From Saprospiraceae bacterium (GTDB taxonomy: Bacteria; Bacteroidota; Bacteroidia; Chitinophagales; Saprospiraceae): a DNA stretch of 64,000 nucleotides. Below are positions 50,588 to 60,664 of this stretch, piece after piece. A program made the translations under genes and the position numbers. Each line of letters starts with the position of its first letter. Position 1 is the first letter of the stretch. The notes below the pieces were generated by a model. The model was not told the DNA's origin and searched no databases. It worked only from the letters and a program-made list of their open reading frames with translations. The stretch is from contig JBGAJY010000005.1 in NCBI GenBank assembly GCA_044224705.1, forward strand, positions 2,220-66,219, read 5' to 3'.

Positions 50588-53449
50588 TTATTTGATCACG
50601 GTCCCGTCGTAGGTCACCGCTACGTAGTACAGCCCCCCGATCGTCGGTCCCGCGGCATACTGGAAGTAACGCTGATTGAGCAGGTTGGTTCCGCCGGCCT
50701 TGATCGTCGTGTGCAGGGCCGGCAGCCGGAAATTGACCTGCGCGTCCAGGGTGTGGTAGGCCGGTACGGCGCCGTCGGCCAGCGGGCTTTGCCAGAGGAA
50801 GGCGTCCTGCCAGCGCCAGACGACGTTGAAGCCCACGTTTTTGGCCACTTCGCGGTTGGCGAAAGAGACATTGGTCACGTAGCGCGGCGTGTTGAAAGCC
50901 GTCACGAACACATCCTGTTGCGTATTCGCCGCAATATCGTTGAAATTGAAATTGGCGGATACGGTGAATCTTTTCCAGAAATTATAGGTCACGCCGAGGT
51001 TGGAGCCGTAGCTGTAATACGTGTTGCGGGCATTGGTGAACACCCGGTAGCGGTCCTGCTTCGAGCGCGTCAGCATGTCGAGTACCGAGGCGTCGGTGCC
51101 TACGCGATCGGTTTTGGGCACGGCCACTTCCACCTGGCCCAGGAAGCCCTCGTAGATGTTGTAGTACGCCTCCCAATCGAGCGAAATGCGGTTGCCGGCC
51201 AGCACCGAGCGGTAACCGACTTCGAAAGCATTGATGTGCTCGGGCTTGAGTGCCGGCAGGTTGGCAATCACGAGTTTGTCGCGGTTGGCCAGTGCGGCTT
51301 CCTGCTGCGCTTGACCGCCTGCGACGGCGGTATTGACGGCGGCGAGGAAATTGTCGATAGAGCTTAGCGTGTACGAATTATCGTTGTAGCCCAGTCCTTC
51401 GTTCACCCGTGCCAGCCCGCCGACGCGCCGCACGTTGCCGTTGTTGACAAAAGACAAGGCCTCGAACAGCGCCGGGAAGCGCCAGCCGTTCTGGTACGAC
51501 GCGCGGAAATTGTGCCGGTCGGCGGCGGTGTACACCACGGCGATACGCGGGTTGATTTTCGGATCGAATACAGGGTTGTAATCCACCCGGAGCGAACCGG
51601 TGAGTTTCAGTTTTTCGTCGAACAGCAGTTTGGTGGCCTGCCCGAAAGCGCCGGTTTTGCCGTAATACTGGTTGTTGCCGCCGGGCTGGGTGCGTTCGGC
51701 CAGGGGGCGGGAGAAATCCACGAAGTTGTTGCCGTCGGGGATCACTTCGTACAGGCGGGTATCCACGCCGACCTGCACGCTGGCCCATCGGATGCGCTGA
51801 CCGATATTCCATTGAAAATCAGTGTGGTACAGGTTGCTGCGTTGTTTCAGCCAGGCGCCGCCGGTTGCGGGTGCACCGGGTACGTTCACAGCGATGTCCC
51901 AGTTGTTGGTGCCGGTGATGGTGTTTTTCAGGGCGTCGAATTCGGGTGTTCCGGGCTCCACTCGGCCCTGGTCGGCCACGAGACGGGCCTGCTGAAAAGC
52001 TTGGGCCAAGGGCACGTCCTGGTTGATGGCGTCCTGCAAGGCGGTTTTAAAACGCGCGCCCCACTGGCTGTTCGAGCCGTTGTTCAGGTCGAGGTTGTCG
52101 GACAAAGGTTTGAGGTTGTAGGAATCGCCCGTGCGTTCCTGCGACACGTAGGCGCGCACGAAAAAGTCGGCGCCGCGCAGTTCGAGGCGGTGGTTTTGCA
52201 CGGTGACGCCCGTGAGTTGCACCTTGTTGCCGCGCTGGAAAACGCCGTCCATGAGACCGAAACGGTAGGTGTAGGAGAGTTCGAGTTTGTCGTTCAATTT
52301 ATAAAAAAGGCCGGCGTCGGCTTTGGCGTTGCGGACGGTCGGATTAATCAGGTCGCGTTCCCAGTAGCCTGTGCGGCGCACGTTGAAGGTCTCGTTGCGG
52401 CCCTGGTACAGCACCGACACAGCCACGTTGTTGTTGCGTTCGTCGCCGTAGCGGTTCCAGAGGTCGGCGGCCGGGTTGTCGGCGCCGGAGAGTTCGGGGA
52501 AGCGCGGATTGGCTGAATTTTTCGCCTGCGGGTTCTGGTCCGTACCGTTGTTGGAGAGCCAGTCGGTGCCTTGCAGGTAGGAAAAATTCACTTTGAAAGC
52601 CCAGCGGTCGTTCCAGGCTTTGGCATAGCGGATGGCCGATTCGGTGAGTACGGATGGGTCGTAATCGGTACCGTCCACGTGGTTGACGCCCACTTTTTGG
52701 TACACGCTCAGGCCCTGGTAAGTGAAAGGGCTTTTGGTGGTCAGGTTGGCCATGCCGTTCACGGCGTTCATGCCGTAGAGGGCCGAGGCGGCTCCGGGGG
52801 TGATCTCCACCCCGGCGATATCGAGTTCGGTGGGGCCGATGGCGTTGCCCAGCGGCACGCCAAGCGTTGCCGCCTGCATGTCGACGCCGTCCACGAGTTG
52901 CATGAAACGGAAGTTGTTCGGGATATTGAACCCTCGGGTGTTGGGCACCTTGAACGTGAGGCTGGAAGTGGTCATTTGCACGCCTTTGACGTTTTCCAAA
53001 GCGTCGTAAAAGCTCGGCGCGGGCGTCTCGCGAATAGCCCGGATGTCGAGTTTTTCAATGGCCACCGGCGATTTCAGGATGCTTTCTTCCACACGGGAAG
53101 CCGACACGACCACCTCGCGACCCAGCAGGGCCTGGGTGTTCAGTTCTACGGCCAGGTGTTCGCCGGCGCTCAGGATTTCGACCTCTTTCGGTTCGAAACC
53201 GATCACGTTGAACACCAGCGTGAGGGGAAATTTTAATTTGGTTCGAAGGGAAAAATTGCCCTCGCCATCGGACAGGGTACCGGTAACGGAACCTTTGACC
53301 GACACGCTCGTGCCGGGCAAAGCCTGTCCCGAACTTTGTTCGCGCACGGTGCCGCTAATCACGATCACGTCTTCCTGCGCCGAAGCCACGCTGGCGGCCG
53401 CCAAAGCGGTGAAGACGATCAGAAACAGTTGGAGAAAATGTTTTTTCAT
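50588..53449 (-). CDS. TonB-dependent outer-membrane receptor with carboxypeptidase-regulatory-like N-terminal domain
   Basis: Signal peptide. 'ISGTVREQSSGQALPGTSVSVKG' (CarbopepD_reg). Plug 'IEKLDIRAIRETP...DALENVKGV'. Long beta-barrel, 953 aa. Confidence 0.88.
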   Translation of the reverse strand: MKKHFLQLFLIVFTALAAASVASAQEDVIVISGTVREQSSGQALPGTSVSVKGSVTGTLSDGEGNFSLRTKLKFPLTLVFNVIGFEPKEVEILSAGEHLAVELNTQALLGREVVVSASRVEESILKSPVAIEKLDIRAIRETPAPSFYDALENVKGVQMTTSSLTFKVPNTRGFNIPNNFRFMQLVDGVDMQAATLGVPLGNAIGPTELDIAGVEITPGAASALYGMNAVNGMANLTTKSPFTYQGLSVYQKVGVNHVDGTDYDPSVLTESAIRYAKAWNDRWAFKVNFSYLQGTDWLSNNGTDQNPQAKNSANPRFPELSGADNPAADLWNRYGDERNNNVAVSVLYQGRNETFNVRRTGYWERDLINPTVRNAKADAGLFYKLNDKLELSYTYRFGLMDGVFQRGNKVQLTGVTVQNHRLELRGADFFVRAYVSQERTGDSYNLKPLSDNLDLNNGSNSQWGARFKTALQDAINQDVPLAQAFQQARLVADQGRVEPGTPEFDALKNTITGTNNWDIAVNVPGAPATGGAWLKQRSNLYHTDFQWNIGQRIRWASVQVGVDTRLYEVIPDGNNFVDFSRPLAERTQPGGNNQYYGKTGAFGQATKLLFDEKLKLTGSLRVDYNPVFDPKINPRIAVVYTAADRHNFRASYQNGWRFPALFEALSFVNNGNVRRVGGLARVNEGLGYNDNSYTLSSIDNFLAAVNTAVAGGQAQQEAALANRDKLVIANLPALKPEHINAFEVGYRSVLAGNRISLDWEAYYNIYEGFLGQVEVAVPKTDRVGTDASVLDMLTRSKQDRYRVFTNARNTYYSYGSNLGVTYNFWKRFTVSANFNFNDIAANTQQDVFVTAFNTPRYVTNVSFANREVAKNVGFNVVWRWQDAFLWQSPLADGAVPAYHTLDAQVNFRLPALHTTIKAGGTNLLNQRYFQYAAGPTIGGLYYVAVTYDGTVIK

Positions 53450-53541
53450 GGTTAATGATGTGAGAGTGTGTTGAAAATTTTGACGGTCAGGTAATTGCTG
53501 CAGTGGCTCAATACATTTTCCAAAAACCTGGCAGGATTAGT

Positions 53542-55416
53542 TCAATACACGTCTTCGAGGTAGCGCCGTTGTTTTTTTAACTGTTGGAAATAGTCGTCAG
53601 CTTGTTCGGCAGTCTGGCCGCCATGCACCTGAATGATCTGGCGGAATGCTGCACGCACATCGGCCGCCATCCGGTTTTTGTCGCCACAGACATATACCTG
53701 CGCCCCCGATTCGAGCCAGTCGAACACTTCGCGGCCCTGCTTCAGCAGTTTGTGCTGCACGTACACCTTTTCCGTGTGATCGCGGGAAAAAGCCACGTCC
53801 AGGCGGCTCAGTATGCCTTTTTTCAGCGCCTGTTGCCATTCAGCCTGGTATAAAAAATCGGTTTCAAAATGCGGATTGCCGAAAAACAGCCAGGATTTTC
53901 CCGCAGCTCCGGCGGCCTCGCGCTCCTGCACAAAAGCCCGGAACGGCGCTACACCCGTGCCCGGACCGATCATGAGGATGGGCGTGGCGGGGTCGGCCGG
54001 GAGCTTGAAATATTCGTTGCGTTCGATGAACACGCGGGCTTTTTCCCCAACGGCCAGCGCATCGGGCAGGAAGGTCGAAGCGACCCCGCGTTTTTGCCGT
54101 TTGCCCGCGGTATAGCGCAGGGCGCTGACGGTCAAATGCACTTCATCGGGTGCGAACAAGGGGCTGGAAGCGATGGAATACAGCCTCGGTTGCAAAGGCC
54201 GCAGGATGCTCAGCAGCGCTTCGGCCGACCAGATGTCCGGAAAATCGCGCAACAGATCGGCCAGGTCGTGGCCCCAGGTGTACTGCCGCAGTGCTTCGGC
54301 GTCGGTCAGCAGGGCGGCGAGTTTGGGCGCGCGGTGGCGGGCGTGCAGTTTTTCCAATACGTCGCGGGTGATCAGCGAGATCTCGGTCCTGTGGCTCAGC
54401 GCCTCTTCCAGCGTCATTTTTTCAGCTTGCCATTCGACGTGTTCCTGAGCGGGCAAAATGCTCGCTTTCAGCACTTCCCGCACCAGTTCAGGCGGGTTTT
54501 GCGGAAAAATACCCAGGGAATCGCCGGGTTGGAATTGCAGCCCCGAGCCTTCCAGCGACCATTCGAGGTGCCAGGTTTCTTTGACGGAGCCGCGGCCGTT
54601 GAGCTGGATTTTTTCGAGGAGTGGGGCTGGGAAGGGGTTTTTGCGAGAGCCAAGCCTGGGTTCCTGTGCAAAAAGGGGCTCAGTTCCGTTGCCCCTCTCC
54701 AAAGGAGAGGGGGAGACTTTCGCTTGGCTTTCCGAAAAGGCTAAGCTGGTGCTCTCCCCCTCTCCTTTGGAGAGGGGGCCGGGGAGGCCATCGATAGGGG
54801 ACCCGGCGTTAAGGCCTCGAGCACGGCGTCAATCCACTCCTCCGCATCCTCCTCAAAATCCGTATCGCAATCCACTCGCTTCGTCAGGCGCTGCGCGCCG
54901 AGTTGGGCCAGATTTTCGTCAAAATCCCGTCCGGCTTTGCAAAATAGCGGTAGGAGCGGACGCCGAGCGCCAGCACAGCATCGCAGTTCGGGCACTTTAG
55001 GCGCCCGGGCCGAGTGTAAAAACTGGTGCAGGGTTTCCGCAGCCACTGGCGGCTCTCCTTCTCCGTGGGTGCTGACGACTATGAGCAACCGCCGTTCATT
55101 TTTCAGCAGCTGCGGCATGTAATCATTCATGTCCGTGAGCGCCGCTTCGAAACCGCGTTCACGTATGGCGTTCGGCGGCTCGTTTCCGTCACGGACTTGC
55201 TGTTGCCGGTCTGGGAGCCGTACAGGACAGCTCCTGCTGCGTTCCAGTTGCCGGCCCGACTGTCGCGGGATGACAGGGTTGCGGGCGCGGCTTGGCCTTT
55301 GCCGACCGACACGCCGTAGAGGTAGCCGCTGAGCCAGAGCTGCTGCGTGGCGTCGAGCCGAGTTTTCGCAGCAATACTTCTTCGAAGCGGGGGAGCGAAG
55401 CGTGTAAGGTTGACAT
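53542..55416 (-). pseudogene. cysJ: Sulfite reductase flavoprotein alpha-component, disrupted: intact FAD/NADPH half, frameshifted flavodoxin half, 86-bp palindrome insertion
   Basis: The C-terminal 386 aa are intact (RLYSIASS, GPGTGVAPFRAF, YVCGD...YLEDVY). The N-terminal part is split over at least 3 frames (MSTLHASLP.. / LDATQQLWLSGYLYGV..AVLYGSQTGNSKSV / LLIVVSTHGEGEPP..FCKAGRDFD). The stop at 54741 lies inside the inserted palindrome. Confidence 0.7.
54692..54777. mobile_element. 86-bp nested palindromic insertion (MITE/REP-like) inside cysJ
   Basis: cccctctccaaaggagagggggaga (54692-54716) is the exact reverse complement of 54753-54777. Each arm is itself palindromic, and there is a central hairpin. 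Deleting exactly these 86 nt joins ...LSMASPA to NGTEPLFAQEP... in frame. Confidence 0.8.
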
Positions 55417-55485
55417 ACCTGTTGAATATGAGATTGTGGTATTTGATCAACAATCATGTAATCGTCCATCGTCAATTAAACGGTA

Positions 55486-56257
55486 TCAAACATCCGCTAC
55501 CAGATCCGCCAAAATCTGGTCCAGGTCATAGGACCGCAGCCCCACCACCTCGCCCAACACGATGACGGCCGGGGATCCGATACCTTCTGTTTCAACTTTT
55601 TGGACAATGCTTTTCACCGTGCCGAACACCGAATGAGCCGTTGGCAAGGAACCGTTTTGCAAAACGGCGACGGGCAATTTGCCTTTGCCGGCTTTTTCAA
55701 ACTCGGCGGCGATTTCCGGTAGTTTGGACAATCCCATCAGAACCACCACCGTTGCGTCGGATGCGGCGGCCTGGCGGATGTCGGGCGACAGCGAGCCGTC
55801 GGAGGTGGTGGCGGTGACCACCCAGAAGCTCCGGCTCAGGTCGCGGTACGTTGCCGGAATGCCGGCCATTCCTGCCACTGCTATGGCGCTGGACACACCG
55901 GGCACATATTCGGTGGGAATGCCTTCTGCTTCCGCGTAGGTCACTTTCTTCAAAACCCCGGCCGAACACGAAGGGGTCGCCGCCTTTGAGGCGCACGACG
56001 TGGCCGTGGGTGCGCGCCAGTTCGACGATCAGCCGGTTGATCTCGTCCTGACCGCAAGCTTTGTAGCCGCGGCGTTTGCCCACGAAGACCAGGGGCGCTT
56101 CGAGGGGCGCGTAGGCCAGCAGTTCTTCGCTCACGAGGGCGTCGTACAGCACGGCGCCGGCGTTTTGCAGGGCGCGCAAACCTTTGAGGGTCAGTAACTC
56201 AGGATCGCCGATGCCGGCGCCCACGAGCGTGAGGCGTGGTGAAATTTCAGATGACAT
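55486..56257 (-). pseudogene. cobA: Uroporphyrinogen-III C-methyltransferase (SUMT) with one frameshift
   Basis: 'LVGAGIGDPELLTLKG...RLKGGDPFVFGRG' in one frame continues as 'VTYAEAEGIPTEYVPGVSSAIAVAGMAGIPAT' in another. The switch occurs at an A-run near 55945. Confidence 0.65.
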
Positions 56258-57516
56258 AGTTGGGTGAAGTGGCTTGGATCATGCCGGCAGCAAGCGTTTG
56301 GCCGCTGAGTTCGTGGATGAGGATAAAGGCGCCGGTCTGGCGGTTGTCCTGGTAAGGATCGAAGGCCAAAGGCGTGCCGCGCAGCGCAGGCGGACGTGCA
56401 CGAGGTCATTGACGTGCAGGGCATGTGGTTGCGGGATTTTTTCAAAGAGTGTTGACGTCCAGTTTGTAAAAAACGTCTTTGATCACGGCTTTTACCACAG
56501 CGCTGTTGTGCTGCAACAACACCCGCGAACCGACGTGCAAAGGCGCCGAATCCGTCACGCAAAGCAACGCTTCGACATCCTGGCTGACCGTCGGGAGCTG
56601 ATCACTCGGCACGATCACGGCGCCACGGCTCACATCGAGATCATCGGCTAAATGCAGCACTACGGGCTGGGGCGCAAACGCCACTTCGACCTCGTGCTGG
56701 TTCACTTCGATGGCTTTGATCGTTGTGGACAGTCCCGAGGGGAACACCGTGACGGCTTGCCCTTTTCGGAAAATGCCGCTCTGGATCGGACCGGCGTAGC
56801 CGCGGTAGTCGTGCAAATCCTCGCTTTTGGGCCGGATGACGTATTGCACCTGGAAACGCGGCGCTTTCTGCGTTCACGCTGCGCGCCACTTCCACGGTTT
56901 CAAGGTAGTCGAGCAGGGTCGGGCCTTTGTACCACGGCAGGCGCGTGGAGGCTTTGGCCACGTTGTCGCCCTGTAAGGCGCTGACGGGATAAAAACGGGG
57001 TGTTTGATCGTCAGTGTTTGAGCGAAAAGCCTGATAGTCAGCGACAATCCGGTCATAAACGGTTTGGGAAAAATCCACCAGGTCCATTTTGTTGATGCAC
57101 ACCACCACGTGCGGCAAGCCCAGCAGCGAGGCGATGATCGAATGCCGCCTCGTCTGCTCGATCACGCCCTGGCGGGCGTCGATCAGGATAATAGCGGCCT
57201 CGGAATTGGAGGCGCTGGTGATCATATTGCGGGTGTATTGCATCGCCCGGCGCGTCGGGCGATGATGAATTTTGCGCCGCGCGGTGCTGAAATACTTGTA
57301 CGCTACGTCGATGGTGATACCTTGCTCGCGCTCGGAACGCAGTCCGTCCGTCAGCAAAGCCAGGTCGATTTCGCCGTTCTGCTTGTTTTTACTCTGCCGC
57401 TCGATGGCCGCCAGAATATCGGGCGACACGGCCCGGCTATCGTACAGCAGCCGCCCGATGAGGGTGCTTTTTCCGTCGTCGACGCTGCCGCAGGTGATGA
57501 ATTTGAGGAGATCCAT
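56247..57516 (-). pseudogene. cysN: Sulfate adenylyltransferase subunit 1 (GTPase), multiple frameshifts
   Basis: P-loop 'GSVDDGKSTLIGRLL' and 'NKMDLV' are present. The DxxGH region is scrambled (RKIHHRPTRRAMQYT). Later segments ('MQYVIRPKSEDLHDYRGYAG..', 'LFEKIPQPHALHVNDLVHV', 'PLAFDPYQDNRQTGAFILI') lie in different frames. Confidence 0.65.
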
Positions 57517-57617
57517 TTTTTAATGATGAATGATGAATGATAAATGATGAATTGAGGATGATGAGCGGAGAACAGTTTTCAAGTATTCATCATTCATCGC
57601 TCATCATTCATCATTAT

Positions 57618-58526
57618 TTAGAAATATCCATTCACTTTCCGGTCTTCCAGCCGCTTCGGACACGAGGTCGTCGATGCGGGTGGCGCCCCGTTCGGAGGTT
57701 TGGGTGATCAGCAGGTCGGCGATGATGTCGTCGACGCTGCGGGCCAGGCTGCGCACGGCGGCGGTGCAGGTGGCGTCGCCGACGGTGCGGAAGCGCACTT
57801 CGGCCTCGACGACGCGGTCGCCGGGTCGATGCGGATGAAGGGCGTCACGGCCAGCAGCTGGCCGGAATCCAGTTCGATACATTCGCGGCGATGGGTCGAA
57901 TAGATCGAAGGCAGTTCGATGCCTTCGCGGCGGATGTAGTGCCATACGTCGAGTTCGGTCCAGTTGGAAATCGGGAAGGCGCGGATGTTTTCACCGGGCT
58001 GCAGTCGGCCATTGTAAATGTTCCAGAGCTCCGGGCGCTGGTTTTTGGGGTTCCACTGGCCGAATTCGTCGCGGTGACTGAACATGCGCTCCTTGGCGCG
58101 GGCCTTCTCTTCGTCGCGGCGGGCGCCGCCGATGAGGGCGTCGAACTGGAATTCCTCGATGGTATCGAGCAGGGTGTAGGTCTGCAGGGGATTGCGGCTC
58201 GGGTATTTGCCGCCCGGTTCGGGCAGCCGGCGCTCGCGAATGGTGTCCTCGACCTGCCGGACGATGAGCCGCTCGCCCAGCCGGGTGGCAAGGCGGTCGC
58301 GGAATTCGAGCACTTCGGGGAAGTTGTGGCCCGTGTCGATGTGCACCAGCGGGAAGGGAAAACGGCCGGGCCGGAAGGCTTTTTCTGCCAGGCGGACCAG
58401 GGTGATCGAGTCTTTGCCCCCGGAAAACAGCAGGGCAGGGCGTTCGAACTGCCCCGTGACTTCGCGCAGCACGTGAATGGCTTCGGCTTCCAGGAGATCG
58501 AGGTGGTTGAGGCGGTGGTTGTGCAT
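57618..58526 (-). pseudogene. cysD: Sulfate adenylyltransferase subunit 2, frameshifted near the 3' end
   Basis: 'LLFSGGKDSITL...HIDTGHNFPE' is intact. The frame changes at ..FIRIDP|GDRVVEAEVRFRTVGD and again before the terminal ..EDRKVNGYF* (stop 57618-57620). Confidence 0.65.
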
Positions 58527-58583
58527 GAGATGAGCTTTATCTATTGATTATTAATCACGGTGATTTGGTTATTGAAAAAGGAC

Positions 58584-59361
58584 CTAACGGTTTTGAGGAA
58601 CATCCGAAGGACCCATCACCCAAATCACCGCATCACAAAATACACGATGGAGGAAATACAGCCTCGCATTCCTTCTTCGACGCGTCCTCCCACCACCAAC
58701 GGCCTGCGCGGAAATCTTCGCCGGGTTGGATGGCACGGGTGCAGGGCGCGCAGCCGATGCTGACGAAACCCTTGTCGTGCAGAGCGTTGTAAGGGATATG
58801 GTGTTGCCGGATGAAGTCGCGGGTACTGTTCCCAGGTCCAGTCGAAGAGCGGGTGGGAATTTGTAGGAGTTTCGGTGGCCGGGGTCCCATTCGAGGTCCT
58901 GCATGTCGAGGCGGTTGGGCGATTGTTCGGCACGGATGCCGGTGACCCATGCCGACTGGCCCCTGAGGGCATTGGCCAGCGGAGCCACTTTTCGGATATG
59001 GCAGCAGGTTTTGCGGTGGTCGACGGAGTCGTAGAAGCTGTTGGGGCCGTTTGGGAGAGGAATGGCTGGAGTCTGCGGCGTCGGGAGAGAAGGCTTCGAT
59101 GGGCTGTTTGTAGCGTTCGAAAGTGCGCGCCCAGGTGGAATAGGTTTCGGAAAAAAGCCGTCCGGTGTCGAGCGTGAAAACCCGGATGGGCAGCTCGTTG
59201 TCAAAGATCAGGTGCGTAATAGCCTGATCTTCAAGACCGAAACTCGTCGAGAAAACGACTTTTCCGGGAAATGTTTCGGCCAGGTTGCGTAGTCGGGAGA
59301 CAACACTTCCCAGCCCTAACCCGGCGCGCAAGGCGCCGAGCCGGTGTACAGGATCGGACAT
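58584..59361 (-). pseudogene. cysH: Phosphoadenosine-phosphosulfate (PAPS/APS) reductase, multiple frameshifts
   Basis: 'VVFSTSFGLEDQAITHLI..VFTLDTGRLFSETY' (frame 1), 'CCHIRKVAPLANALRGQSAWVTGIRAEQSPNR' (frame 2), 'HPLFDWTWEQ' (frame 3) and 'IPYNALHDKGFVSIGCAPCTRAI..GRWWWE..KKEC' (frame 1). The 3' end is uncertain. Confidence 0.6.
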
Positions 59362-59376
59362 AGCAGCAATTTGGAT

Positions 59377-59420
59377 GAAAAAGAAACAGCCCTTCGGAAA
59401 GGTCATTTCCGAAGGGCTGT
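59377..59420 (-). terminator. Intrinsic terminator-like hairpin 16 nt upstream of the cysH start
   Basis: On the minus strand, ACAGCCCTTCGGAAA-tgacc-TTTCCGAAGGGCTGT is followed by TTCTTTTT. It could terminate the upstream transposase transcript or act as a leader attenuator. Confidence 0.6.
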
Positions 59421-59635
59421 CAAAGCAATGTGGGCGTTTGGATCGTCTCCGTCAATTCGCAGCGCCGCTTCAACTGTTCCCCGGATACCGTGGCGACAGC
59501 AGCAACACAGACACATACATTGTTGAGCGGCGATGATCATAACGGGGGCAAACATAGGGGCAATGGGTTGATATTTCCAAACTACCCGACTGGAGTGGTG
59601 GACTATTTGTTCGGATGACAGGGCGAATTTGGTTG

Positions 59636-60280
59636 CTACCGGCTTGATTTTCGGGGGTAATTTTTGGGGTTCGTGTTTTTCACGAAGGGTGCAGTAGGTG
59701 GAACGGCGCACATTTTGGTAAAATGGTATGTCGTAGAGAGGCCAGAACGGCGTAGCCGTGGCGTTATTATCATGACTACCATTTGGTTTGCGGTCCAAGG
59801 GATTTTAAATGTCTGGCTGCGCCGCAGGTCGTGGAAAATGTATTTTTCGTCGTGATCGATCTCGAACTTTTGCATAAAATCGAGATATTCCTCTCGGAAT
59901 GTTCGCTTTTTGTGGTGCGCTTCCTGGTTTTGGACATATTTGAGAACGGCCACTACTTGTGATTTACCGTAAGAAAATGCGCCATAACCTTTCTGCCATT
60001 CAAACCGGGGCTGCAAAAACTTTTGTTCATTCACCCAAGCCGATGAATTGGCCTTGACCTCCCGCATCAAATCGGCCAATGCCTGCTTGGGGTCCAAGCC
60101 GAAAAAACAGTGAATATGATCGGAAACACCATTGACGATTACAGTTTTGTGTCCCAGATTGTTGATAGTTTGACCAATGTACCCAAAGAGTTCCTGGCGG
60201 AAATCGGGCAAGATCAGTGCCTCGCGGAATTGGACTGCAAATACGGTCTGGATGAAGATTTGGTGATAGGTATTTGCCAT
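59636..60280 (-). CDS. IS200/IS605-family Y1 (HUH) transposase, REP-associated (RAYT-like)
   Basis: From ATG 60280: 'MANTYHQIFIQTVFAV', HUH motif 'SDHIHCFF', 'QKGYGAFSY' and catalytic-Tyr context 'LKYVQNQEAHH'. The C-terminal tail runs into a REP copy (59744-59765), so the true 3' end is uncertain. Confidence 0.8.
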   Translation of the reverse strand: MANTYHQIFIQTVFAVQFREALILPDFRQELFGYIGQTINNLGHKTVIVNGVSDHIHCFFGLDPKQALADLMREVKANSSAWVNEQKFLQPRFEWQKGYGAFSYGKSQVVAVLKYVQNQEAHHKKRTFREEYLDFMQKFEIDHDEKYIFHDLRRSQTFKIPWTANQMVVMIITPRLRRSGLSTTYHFTKMCAVPPTAPFVKNTNPKNYPRKSSR

Positions 60281-60318
60281 GATCAAGATGTTTAAAATAA
60301 GAATATTAGTGAAAAAGG

Positions 60319-60625
60319 CCCAAACGTCGTAGCTGTGGCATTTTGGTAGTAGCAGGAATATCGGAGAAAGCGGCAAGAACGGCGTAGCCGTGGCATTTTG
60401 GCAGTAGCAGGAGTATCGGAGAAAGCGGCAAGAACGGCGTAGCCGTGGCATTTTGGTAGCAGGAATATTGTGAGGAAAGGTAAGAACGGCGTAGCCGTGG
60501 CATTATGGTAGTAGTAGCAGGAATATTGTGAGGAAAGGTAAGAACGGCGTAGCCGTGGCATTTTGGTAGTAGGGATATCGAAGAAACAGTCAAGAACGGC
60601 GTAGTCGTGGCATTATAATGTCATG
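60319..60625. repeat. Array of 6 direct REP-like units (52-58-nt period), core AAGAACGGCGTAGCCGTGGCATT
   Basis: Units start at about 60319 (degenerate), 60375, 60430, 60482, 60540 and 60592. The core contains the hairpin ACGGC-gta-GCCGT. The inter-core segments are also conserved between units. Confidence 0.92.
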
Positions 60626-60664
60626 CCTACGGCATTTGAATCGCGGTTCGATCAGGCGGTTTTT

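Noticed and set aside
53542-59361. Programmed ribosomal frameshifting as the explanation for the split cys genes.
   Set aside because: There are too many events (about 15), in both directions, without slippery heptamers or downstream pseudoknots. Several destroy catalytic residues. Decay or sequence error fits better.
59410-59636. A SAM riboswitch in the leader upstream of cysH.
   Set aside because: I wrote out the minus-strand sequence and could not find the SAM-I core signatures (GAGGGA...GCCC, GCAACC, GGTGCTAA) or an obvious SAM-II pseudoknot motif. It is left as an open check for Rfam rather than a call.
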